DNA of 63,303 nt, counting the filler, from Hyphochytrium catenoides (Eukaryota > Protista > Hyphochytriomycota): assembly GCA_900088475.1 (NCBI GenBank). It is 9 parts of 9 records of this genome, joined end to end, with 100 filler letters (N's around TTAATTAATTAA, not from the genome) between each part and the next. Parts side by side here need not be neighbours in the genome. Positions count along the whole stretch, not along the records: positions 36,844 to 60,499 come from FLMG01002369.1; 8 more parts are not named here. One strand, written 5' to 3'. The position numbers and the translations under genes are program-made. The notes below the pieces were generated by a model, which was given only the letters and a program-made list of their open reading frames with translations, had not been told where the DNA came from and ran no database searches. Of this stretch, positions 38,548 to 50,206 are shown in pieces (the first letter of the stretch is position 1; every line of letters begins with the position of its first letter).

Positions 38548-39299
38548 ATGTTTCTTCTTCTCTTCTTGGAAACAACCGTCTCTCCTGTCTTCTCACCCTT
38601 CCTCCTCGATGACTCATCAGGAGCCGACCTCTCTTCTTCTTCTTTCTCTTCTTCTTCTTCTTCTTCTTTCTCTTCTTCTTCTTCTTTCTCTTCTTCTTCC
38701 TCTGGAGAGGAAGGAGGAGAAGGAGAGGGAGAAGAGTACGGTCCGCCGGAGGAAGAGATTGCGTCCTTTGCGGTCGGTCTGGGCTATTATCTATTGATTT
38801 TCCAGAGCGCTCTCTCTCTCTTCAACCTTCTCTTTCTCCTCCTGCGACGGAACCATTTCCCCTTGAACAAACTGAACATCCCCAGCATTTTTATTTCGGA
38901 AATCGCCACTTTGGCTTGTATCTGGTACACCGCTTCGTACTATATATGGCCCAAAATGGTCGTTCCCTGTTGGATTTATTTGGTCTGTTGGGACATCCAG
39001 CTCTTCCCCAAGCAAGTGTTGCTTATCCTGAATGTACTCAAGTTTCGACTGGATTATCAGGTATCTTACGACCGAATGCACCGGCCGAACAGTTGGATCA
39101 GCAAAAATAAGGACCGGCTGCGCCATCCGATGGCCGTTAGCGCCTTTATAGCCTGTGCTGGGCCGCTGGCGTGGCTGTCGGTCCTCCCGTCCTGGGTCCG
39201 GTATGGAGACAAGCTCAACGCTGCAGAGTACGAATGCTGGGATGCCACGGACTTTGAGGTGAGAGAAGAGAGGCAACGATGGAGGAGAGAAGTTGTTGG

Positions 39300-39347
<48 letters not shown>

Positions 39348-39362
39348 AGAGAGAGAGAGAAA

Positions 39363-39403
<41 letters not shown>

Positions 39404-41051
39404 GACGGGGTGAGAGAAAGAGAGAGATTTCTGGGGCAGCAGCAGGAAGAAGAGAGAAGGAGAGAGAGAGAGAGAGACCGAAAGAGAGGACAAGATGACG
39501 GAAAAAGGAGGAAGGTGCTTGGTGCAAGGGGGGGCGGAGAGGGGGGATGAGAGAGAAGGGAGAATGGGAGAGAGAGAAAGAGAGAGAAGGATGTAGCAAC
39601 AGGGGTCTAAAGAATCCGAAGCGCCGTTGGGAGGAGATGTAGACAGAGAAAAAACGAAGAAGCAGGCGGGGCAATCAGGGAGGAATACGGCTAAGAAGAG
39701 CGACTGCTTATGAGAAGAAAGGGAAGGGACCAAACTGCGAGAAGAGAGAGAAGAGCAGACTTTCTTTCATTTTTTCTTTTTCTCTATCTCCCTCTTTCTT
39801 GCTTGTTCTCTGTGCATCTGATCCATTTGTCACACATTAGGTTCGGGCTTCTTTTCTCTCTTTACCTCATAATATTTGCCGCCTGCAATTCTTCTTTCTC
39901 TCCGTGACGTCTCTCTTCTTCCTCTCTCTCCTCGCCTTCAGCTGCCTTAATTCCTCCTACTGACTCCGCCTTCCTCCTCCCACCTTCCCCACCCCTTACT
40001 TCTCTCTCTCTCTNNNNNNNNNNNNNNNNNNNNNNNNNNNNNNNNNNNNNCTCTCTCTCTCTCTCTCTCTCTCTTTCCCTCTGTCTCTCTCTCTTACTCT
40101 CTCTTACTCTCTCTCTCTCTCTGTCTCCAACAGATTGACGCAGACATGCCCACCGCGATCGTGTTTTCAGTGGTGACAATCCTCATGTCTACTCTCTTCC
40201 TCCGAGGCGTAGAAGATGCCTTTCATCTGAAAGAGAGATTCTCTCTCGCGGGACTGAGCTCTGGCTTGGCCATCATTGTCTTCAATATCTTAGCAGCGCA
40301 TTCTGATGACGATTCTTACTATGACGAAGAGCTCTCGTATCTCTTTCTTCAGCAGCTTTACTCTTTCTTTGTCCCTCTCTCTCTCATTCTCTCTTCTTTT
40401 TCTTATGAGAGACAGAGAAGGAAAGCTCTTGCAGGAGGAGGCGGAGGAGAAGAAGGAAGAGAAGAGAAGGCTGCGCCTCTTCCCTCGTCTTCCTCTTCTG
40501 CTTTCTTCTTCTCAAGGAAAGAGAAAGAAGAAGAGAGAGAGCTACGGGCAGTGGTTCACGGATATAAAGAGTTAGAAGCCAAGCTACAAGGCGCGGGAGA
40601 GAAAGAACTGGACAAGTTTGCCGAGTACTTAATCTTAGAGTTTGCAGGAGAGAATCTCTTCTACTTTCGCTCGTCTCTCCTCTTCCGTTCTCTCGAAACA
40701 GAAAGAGAGAGAGAGGATCTCTCTGCTGAGATGGTAGAGAGACACTTTCTCTCTTCTTGCCCTGCAGAGGTTAACATAGGGAACGACCTCAGAGAGGAAA
40801 TTCTCAGGGCAAGAAGACGTTGTGCGCGCTCTTTCTGGGCGGAAGTGGATGAAGAAGTGCTGAAGATGATGGTGGATCCATACAATCGCTTTATAGCGTG
40901 GAGAAAGAAGAGAGAAGAGACAGAAGAGAGAAAGGAGAAGGAAAAGAGAGAGAGAGAGAAGACGAGTAGTAGCAGAAAGACACAGAGTAAAAAAGCGGCC
41001 GCAAATGCTGTGACAAAGGTGCAGGTGATCGCCGGGCGAGATGTGCAATAA
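38548..41051 (+). CDS. 7TM-RGS protein (GPCR-like membrane domain fused to a C-terminal RGS domain), exons 38548-39258 and 40134-41051, ~542 aa
   Basis: GAG|gtgaga...ccaacag|ATT joins in frame. TM region with RRNHFPL and VEDAFHLKE motifs; RGS motifs FAEYLILEFAGENLFYF, EVNIG, VDEEVLKMMVDPYNRF. Confidence 0.85.
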
Positions 41052-41072
41052 AAGAACTGTGTCTTTCCCTTA

Positions 41073-41105
<33 letters not shown>

Positions 41106-41642
41106 NNNNNNNNNNNNNNNTCTCTCTCTCCTCTCTCTCTCCCCTCTCTCTCTTTTCTCTCTTTCTTCGTTCTTACTCTTCCTCCTCTTTCTCCTTTTCT
41201 CTCTCTGGCCTGATGAAACCTTCCGTACAACCTCTTCTGCTGAGACCGGGAGAAGAACGACCACCGTGGAGAAAGCCATCACCCCACATCCCAGACTCTG
41301 CTTCTAGGAGTAAGAAGCCGAAGGAAGATGTCCTTCGTCTCGTGTGTCAAGCTGCAGCGTTAGCTAGAGAAAATGACATCTAATCAAGTCGTCGGCGTGC
41401 GACGGTTTTCACTGCCCGGATAACAAGTGATTCGTTTCTATCACCCACTTGGTATGGTGAGACTACGTTAGCCTGTTGTTCTAGAGTCTTACTTTAAGGT
41501 GCAACCCCTTCATAGTCCAAGCAGCCGAGTGGCAGGTCTCCATAGACATATATATATGCGTTATTTACTAGAGTCATGAACCGTAACCTCTACTTCACAA
41601 GTACGACCGGATGGTAGGCACTGGGAACAGTCGCCAACCCCG

Positions 41643-43615
41643 TCAGTCGCGGAGACCGATACGGCTGATATTAAGTCCCAAAGCGTTGAAAATCTCGACA
41701 TTGAGCTGCGTGCAGCTCTGCGGGTGGTCGAGCACTTGTGTGGCAGCCTTCTTCTGTTGCAGAGTCGTCCCATTCCGCATGAGATCCACAAGTGGCGGAA
41801 TGCCGCCGGCGGCTGAGATCCTCATATTGTTGTTGGGGTCACAGGACAAATTCGTTAAAGCGTGCGCTGCGTATTCTTTCTGGTCCGCATCGCCATATCG
41901 CAGAAGTTCCACCAAGGCCCCGATGCCGCCCTGCTCGGCGATTCTCATCTCAATTTCAGCATTCTGGGCTAGATTGCTCAGCAATTCCGCCGCCTCCTTA
42001 CGCTGCTCTGCAGTCGTCCCATTCCGTACGAGATCGACAAGTGCTGGAATGGCACCAGCGGCGGCAGTTTTCACTTTGTTATTATCAGCATTAGCGGACA
42101 GGTTGATTAGCGCACCAAGCGCCATCGTCAAATTGCTGGCCATCCGCTGTTCCCTGATGAACTTTACCAGCGCTTCGATACCTCCAAGAAGGGCAATCTC
42201 GATACAACTGGAATCATAAGCCGACAAATTTCTCAGCACCCCGGCGGCCAAGTGTTGCTGTGTCGTCGTTCCATTCCAAACTAGTTCCACGAGTAAGGGG
42301 ATGCCGCCAAGAGCAAATATCTTCATCTTGTTCTCCCCGTTGCTCGAGCAGTTCACCAGTGCCCCCAAACCCATGTCCTTCTCCAATGCAGTCCTACCTG
42401 GCCGCAGAAGCTCTACCAACCCCTCAAGCCCCCAAAGCGCAGCAATTATTCCCTCAAAGGTGGGGTCTTTCAGACCCAAATTCCTCAGCGATCGTGCAGC
42501 GAGAGCTCTTTGATCCGCTGTGGAGCCGAAACGGACGAGTTCGACGAGCATCCCGATACCTCCTGCCATCGCGATCCTCAGGCTGCCCGCCACATTGCAC
42601 GATAGATTCATGAGCGCCCCCGCCGCCATCTCACTCTCGCGAGCCGTCCTGGCTGTCCGCAGGAGCTCCACAAGTGCTTCGATCGCTCCTGCGTGAACGA
42701 GCTTTAACACATGATCATCGTTCTCTGAGAGATTCTTAGCGAGGCTCGCGGCTTGTTCTCTCTGCGCTCCAGGCCCACTGTGCATAAGATGCACTAGCGC
42801 ATCCAGTGTCGGTTCGCCGCGGCTCACTATGAACCTCTGGATATAGACGACTTCTGCTCCCTCAAACGCTGGAACCATAGTATTACTCGCCAGGGCTTTC
42901 TGGATTGCCTTCAGTCCGTTCTTCCCCCAAAGCTTACAACCGCGCAGCTTGTTGTCCAGAAGCACGAGCTCCTCCAACACGGTGTTCCTCTTCAGCGTGT
43001 CTGCCAAGGCACAGGCACCAGAATGCCCAATTCTATTGCGGGACAAGTCGGGTCTGCGCAAAGTCGGTTCTCACTGAGGGCCGCAGCGAGCGCGGCGGCG
43101 CCTCTGGGCCCGATATTGTTGCTGGACAGGTCGATGGCTCGCAATCGGCTTCCCCTGTTATTCCGTAGGGCTATGGCCAGAGCTTCGGCACCGCCCATAC
43201 CGATCCCATTACCGGAAACATCGAGCATCATCAACCCTGTATTACTTTCAAGAGCGGCAAAGAGAAAAATCGCCCCCTCGGACCCGATGCGGTTTCTCGC
43301 CAATTTCAGTGTGTCCAGAGTTGAGGTGCTCGACGCGATGGCGCAAGCTAGAAGTAGAGCTCCGTCTTCGTCGATCGCGCAATTAGACAGGTCGATGCAG
43401 CGGAGACATACGGTCACCTGCAGAGCGGCGGCCACTGCACAGATGCCAGCAGGACCCATTGATGTCCGACCGCTCAAGGAGATGTTTGGGGTCGCATTTC
43501 CCACTATCAAAGGAACTTCCTCCCTTACGCTAGAAGGAAGGCAGTCGTGCAATGCGGCGGAGAGCCTTGCAGCGGCGCTCCGTCCATTTTCCTCAATCGC
43601 CAAGCTAGCTCTCAT
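41643..43615 (-). pseudogene. Intronless leucine-rich-repeat (RI/NLRC3-like) + armadillo-repeat gene with a single frameshift near 43065
   Basis: ORF 43615-42992 has LxxLDLSxNxIGxxGA repeats. The frame shifts at AAC-CG-ACT (1 nt missing) into 43061-41643, which has further LRRs and many ARM repeats (GGIxxLVELxRxG...AAGALxNL). It could be an intact gene with a sequencing error. Confidence 0.75.
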
Positions 43616-45860
43616 CTTTAATGATATGCTCTTCTTCTCTTCTTGTCCTTAATCGTCGGGTGCAGTCTTTTGCATACTGCTGTCGACTTCCTGCCGTTCA
43701 CCATCGTCCATCACATCGCTGCCGCCGTTGCTGCTATCGTCGTCGTCCTATTGCCGAACGCTGATGAGCGCGGACTATAGTAAGTATCACAGTGAGAACG
43801 GCGGACGGCCGACCGCGGCAAAGGGAGCAAAAAAAGGGAACAGAAAACAGAAGCATTGAAGGCCCGAGACCTGTGCTAGAGAAGCGTCGCCAGCCGCCAC
43901 AATAAATAAAGGCCAGCTGCCACAGTAAAGGAAGAGTTCATAGTTCTAACAAATATAGTAATAATACAACAAAGCAATAGGAATGGCTTCTAGGATCTCT
44001 ACCTTTCTATTCCTGTTTATTCTTCTTATGGTAAATTTTATGGAGTTGATGTGGCCTTTATTATGAAGAAAATTATAGTAGAGAGTGTGAAATCGACTAC
44101 TGTTTGAAGAAGATGAAAGAAGCAAATATGTACTACGAAGCAACAAAAGAGAATGGAGAAAGAGCTAAAATAGGCCAAAAAGAAAGAAGGAAGATCCAGA
44201 GTAGCAGGACCTCACCCGGCCCCCAAGGGCCGGGAATTGACTGAAGAAAGCAACTGTGGGGCTACCAAGGAGGGGGCGAGGAGATCGTCCTCCTCCTTAA
44301 TAATTCGAGAGAGGAAAAAGTCTTGATCCTGCTCACGGTCAACAACCGAGAGGGCGCTGTCAGGAGCAGGAGCAGCGGCAGGAGCAGGAGAAGAAGAAGC
44401 AGCAGAAAAGAGTGGAGAAGAAGAAGAGGGGGGACAAGAAGCGTGAAAGGCGGCAAGAAAGGGCGCAGAAGGCGGCAGTCTCGAAACGATCATACGGGCG
44501 GCCTCCTCGTGCAAAGCCAAAGACACCTGTCTCAATCAGCGATGGCGAAAGAAGTGTACATCCCGCTCAAGAGCAACGGTCCAATTTTATAAGTTTTTAT
44601 CTACTTAGAAGTAAAAGATGAAGAAAGAAGAAGGAGAAGGAGAAGAAGAAGAAGAGGCAGAAGAAGAGAAGAAAAGCTAAGAAGCCTTAGGCTCTTCCAT
44701 CATCTCAGCTCGAACCTGCTCCCTGCTCATCATCAGTAAAAGAAGAATCATAGTTGATTTCCTCAGAAATGATGAGCGGAGAAGAAGGAGGAGGAGGAGG
44801 TGAACCACCAGCAACCATGTCATCATCAGCAACCATGTCATCATTAGCAACCATGTCATCACGTCGAGCTCAGCCGTCGCGAGACAAGCAAGAGAAGGGT
44901 CCAGCTGTTCAGGAGGAACGCGCTTCAAGATTTGAAGTGCATTTTCTTCGTGAATGGCCAAAGACACTCGCATTATTTTCCTAAAATTGAGTACGTGCCA
45001 GCACTGATGTCGCAGTTGTTCCGTTGTTACCAATAGGGTGTAAGTAAATTTTAGAGACCCTCAAACTTATTACTCCGGAGTATGTTGTCTAGGAAAGATA
45101 AGGTTGTTGTTGGTCGTCTTATAATTCTTATTCCAGTAAGAAAAGAAGCACCACCGTGGCCTTGTTCTGATCAGAAACTGCTCTTCTTGTTTGCTGCGAG
45201 ATCCTTAGAGCGCCCCAGCCCCCACAAGTGGATCACTACCAAAATCCCAATAGCTTTTAGGTGATTATTAAATATTTAGTGTTTCAAACACCGTTTTAAT
45301 CCTCTCGCTGAGCTCTTTCCAACGATCGCGGTTGATTGTAAAAATTCGTCTTGGTTGTTGAGATATAATCAATTAGATTTATCAGTAAATGTATGGGAAA
45401 CCTTCACAAGTGGATCACAAAAGAAACATAGAGTTCAAGTTGAGTATGGGGGGAGGATGTGAGTGAGTGGCACTCAACATTATAATAAGGTATTCAGTTT
45501 GTAAAAGACCTTATGTTCAAACGAGGAGAAAGAAAGCTCTCAGCAGCCTGGAGGGTCTTACTGAAATGGAGTCCAGAAATAATTATTTTGGTGATCCACT
45601 TGTGGGAGGAGTGATCCACTCGTGAGGGCGCCCTTTCTACAGTTTTACGCCAAGAGAGAGAAGGTTTCTGTGAGCTCGCTGTGGAAAAAGTTATAAATAT
45701 GATTTTTATTGCCACGAAGCAGTCATGGAAGGTTCACTGCACGGGAGGAAAGAGAGAAATAGAGAGAAGGATGGAAGGGACCGGGAGAAGTGGAAGATAC
45801 ATTAAGGAGAAAGGAACCTTGCGGGAGGCACTAGGATACAGAGGTACCCAGAGGAGAGAC

Positions 45861-45925
<65 letters not shown>

Positions 45926-45969
45926 GTGGGGAGAGAGAGAGGGAGAGAAAGAGAAAAAAGAGAGAAAGA

Positions 45970-47529
45970 TCACGTGGCAGCGACTGGCGGTCTGATCTCT
46001 GGGTGAAGCTGGAGACAGCGGTTGAAAGGCTCCAACAGATTCTTCATAACTTCTCTCTGCGCAGCTTCTAACAGCTCCTCCAGCGCCTGCAGCTGGGCAC
46101 TTCGGGGATCCAGCCCGTTAACATCAGAAATAACGACGACGCTGCGTCGCCTCTGCTCATGCGTCAATCTCTCTCTCTCTCTCCCTCTCCTCTCACCTCC
46201 CTCTTCGTCTTCTTTCCTTCGTTTCTCTTCTTCTCTCTCTCTTTGTGGTCGCTTCTCCCTTTCATTCTCCTCGTCTTCTTCCTCGCTGCTGTCACTCTCT
46301 CCTTGAGTGAGAGAGAACTTTCGAAGCCATCCTCTTCTTTCTTCGTCTCTCTTTCCAGCAGCTTCTTCTGTCTCTTTCTTGAGAAGACTTATGGCAGGGA
46401 GAAAGATGGCATCGAGGGAGCTTCTCTTTCTCTTCTCGCCTCCTAGAGTCTCTCCCTCTTTTTTCTCTTGGCTCTGTCTTCTCTCGAATGGTTCGTGTCT
46501 CTTCTTCTCTGGCTCGGGTGGTGGAGCTTGTGCTGGCCTTGGATCGGAGGAGAGAAAGAGAGTTTCTAAGAGACTTCTCTTTCGTGTCTCTCCTCCTCTT
46601 CTAATGACTCTAATTTCTTGACTCTGTCTTCTCTCTTTCTCTTCCCAGGCAGGGGCAATGGAAGAGGGAGAGGGAGAGGCGGGAAGAAAGATTGTCTCCA
46701 AGAGGCTTCGTCTTCTCTCTCCTCGTTCTTCTCTCTTCCCTGCACCGTCAGGATGGACTTTTGAAGAAGAAGAAGAGGAAGGAAGAAAGATTGTATCCAG
46801 GATACTTCTCTTTCTTCTCCCTCCTTCTCCTGCTCTCTCTCTCTCTCCTCCTCGCGATGGAGCCTGCTGATAAGCCCATTCTCTCCTCTCTTCTTCCTCT
46901 TCTGCCGTCTCTCTTCTTATTCTCTCCGTAGAAGAGAGAACAAGCAGCTCAATCTCTCTCTTTAGCTGCTCCTGCGTCTTTCTCCCCAGCCTAAGGTAAT
47001 TCGCACTCTTTGGCTCTAAGAACTCTTCCAGAATGTGCCGAAGTCTCTCTCTCTTCTCTTCTTCGCTCTGTTCTCTCTCACTGTCTTCTCCTCTCCGATA
47101 CTCTTTCAACGCCTCAAGAAAGAGAGTATTTTCTACACGGAACTCTTTCACGCCAAGAATCTCTCTCTCTACTCTTTCCAACAGTTCTTCCACGTCTTCC
47201 CATTTTCCTCTCTTTCTTAACGACCCTCCTCTTCCTCCCCCATCTCCTTCTTTCACTTTGGCTTGTGGTTCAGAGGAGAGCCATTCCGTTGCTCTTCTGC
47301 TTCTCTCTCTCTCTCTTGCCTGTGTCTCTCTCCTGCGCAGGAGAGAGAGAGAGGAGATGTGCGTACAGAGCTGAACCCGGAGCGTCATAGAGATATTGAT
47401 TTGGTTCAGACTGGTCACGAGGAAGTATTCACTCTCAATCTTGAGAGAGAGAGAGAGAGAGAGAGGAGCCAAAGGGAGAGGGAGACAGGAAAGGGTGGGG
47501 AGAGAAAGGGGAGATATAGGGGACAAAGA

Positions 47530-47568
<39 letters not shown>

Positions 47569-47868
47569 GGAGAGAAAGGAAGACGGAAAGAGCATGGGCA
47601 GGGGAGAAAGAAAGAGAAATGAAGAGAGACGTAACAGGTCACAGAAATCAGAGACAGACAGACAGAGAGACAGGCAGAGAGACCGAAGCGGGCGTTAACT
47701 AGAGGAGGGAGACAGGACTTTGTTATCGAAACGCAGGAGACTGACGCCTAAGAGAGACACAAAGAAAACGGAAGAACAAGCTAACCAGAGAGAGAGAGAG
47801 AGCTGGGAGACGAGACAGGAGCGTCGAGACGGAGAGACACTGAGAGAGACGGAGAGGGGAAAGATGAG

Positions 47869-47904
<36 letters not shown>

Positions 47905-48568
47905 AGGAGAAGGCGAGAAGATCCTACCTGCTCCAGCACTCGGATCCTATCGCTGAGTAACTTACAGGCTTTATAGACCTGCACCGCATCGAGAAAGAGC
48001 ACACTCTCCACACAGAATTCTCCGATGGCATGATCCCGAAATGTCTCTCTCGTCTGCCGGACCTCCAGCAGCTTCTTCAACTCTGCCGTGGTCGCCACTC
48101 TTCCTGGAGAAGAAGAGGAGAGAGAACTAGGGGAGAGAAGAGAGAGAGACGTTGGCATGACGAGCAAACTTCCTCTCTTTCCTTTGATCTCGATCCCTCC
48201 CGCGGGGCCTTTCTCTCTCTCTCTCTCTCCTCCTGGTACCACTTGCTGCTGAGGCCGAGGATAACGTACGACGTTGGCCATTCTGTCTCGCAGATCGTTG
48301 CTCAGTGTTAATCTATAGGGCTCGTACGCCATATAATAAGCATAGGAACCGAAGGCAAAGGTCCAGCTCAGAACTTCAAAGATTTTGGTCCACGTTAAGA
48401 TTTCTTCAGGCACCGCGGGGCCAAGGAAGACGTGGAAGGCGCGGAGGGGGAAAGGAACCACTAGAAAGTTCATAGAGACACGGATCAGAGAGCGGGTGAG
48501 CTTGAACTGGTCCTGTTTGGAGAGGGGAGAGAGAGAGAGAGAGAGAGANNNNNNNNNNNNNNNNNNNN

Positions 48569-48603
<35 letters not shown>

Positions 48604-49837
48604 CAGCGAGGGAGGGAGGGAAAGAGTGAGCCGGGAGAGTATGACGAAAAGAGGGATGGAATAAATGAGGCGAGAGAGAAAGAAGGGAAAGAGAAAGAGA
48701 GAAAGAAAAAAGGGAAAAGAAAGACAGAGAGGGAGAGAGGATATGGAAGAGGGAGAAACAGGGAAGGCTCCAGGGCACATTGAGATTAATAAGAATATAG
48801 AAAGGAAGACAAAGATTCGGATGCACAGCAAAGAATGAAGAAGAGAGAGAAGAGAGAAACGAAGGGAGAGAAGAAGAAAAAGATGAAGAGAGAGAAGAAG
48901 AGAGAAAGAGAGGACAGCAAGGATGAGACAAAGAGAAACAGGAGCAAGCAAGAGTACTACGGCGAAGACATCGGGAACGCACACACAGAGGAGAGAGGAG
49001 ACTGGGTATAATACAAGGAAAGAGGAAGAAGACAAAGAGAGAGTGACACGTGGGACAGGGAGAGACAGAAGAAGATGAAGAGAGAGAGAGAGACAAAGTG
49101 AGACAGAGAGAGAAGAGAAAGAGAGAGAGATACCTGCATGTACCACAGCATCAACCCCGAATGTGCCAGGTAGAGCGCCACCGTCACTGGCACCAAGGCA
49201 AACATAACCCTCTGTCATGTTTATTGGGGAGAGAGAAAGAGGGGGAAAGAGAGAGTAAGAGAAGAGAGAGAGCAACTGGGGTTTTGACAGAGCGGAAGCC
49301 ACAGAGAAAAAGGATTTTGAGAAGGAGACACAATGCAGACCCCAAAGGCTCACAAATAAACGGGAGAGAGAAAAAGAGGTAGATACAGAGACAGAGGAAA
49401 AGAGAGAGAGAGAGTCCGGGGAAGAAAAGAACAAGGAAATGGAAGATCAATCTTTGTTCGTTTGCTTATCTCTTGTTTCTCTTTCTCCCTCTCTCTTCTG
49501 TCTTTACCTGTTTTTTTTGTCGCGCAGATTCCCTTCTCTCTCTCTTCTCTCTCTTCTCTCTCTCTCTCTCTCCCTCTCTCTGAGCTTACCGCTGGCATCC
49601 AGACGAGAGCGCATTCCTTGTTCCTCTCAAGAGGAAAGAAGAAATAGTCAAGAATCATAAGGATCGAGAGAGGGAGAGACATCAAGAGACTGAAGAGCAA
49701 AAAGAAAAGCTTTGGCCAGTGCGGCAGCGTGACAGTCCTAAGATAATATTCGCTGAGGACGAAGTCTGATGGATCTGCTAGCTTTCCGCGAAAGAGCTGA
49801 ACGTAGTAGCGAGACTGTGAGGACAGGAGAGAGAGAC

Positions 49838-49868
<31 letters not shown>

Positions 49869-50157
49869 AGAGAGAAGAGAGAGACGAATGAGAGGGCGAA
49901 AGGAGAGAGGGCAAGGAAGGAGGAGAGAAAGGTGTCCGGAAAGAGAGAGAAAAAAGCGGACAGATAGGTGGAAACCACAATGAAGCAGAGAAGCAGTTAG
50001 AGAGGAGAGTGAGACAGACAAGGAGACAGAGGGTGAGTCCGGTAATAATAACAGGGAAAGAGGTGAAGAGGTGGAAAGTCAGTGAGAGAGTGACAGAAGC
50101 CTTGACACTGGTTACCGCCCTCAAAGTTCTTTTATCTCCTCTCTCTCTATATATATA

Positions 50158-50206
<49 letters not shown>

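Noticed and set aside
45591-45624. GTGGATCACTC resemblance to the 5' end of 5.8S rRNA
   Set aside because: The match is ~11 nt with no flanking rRNA similarity.
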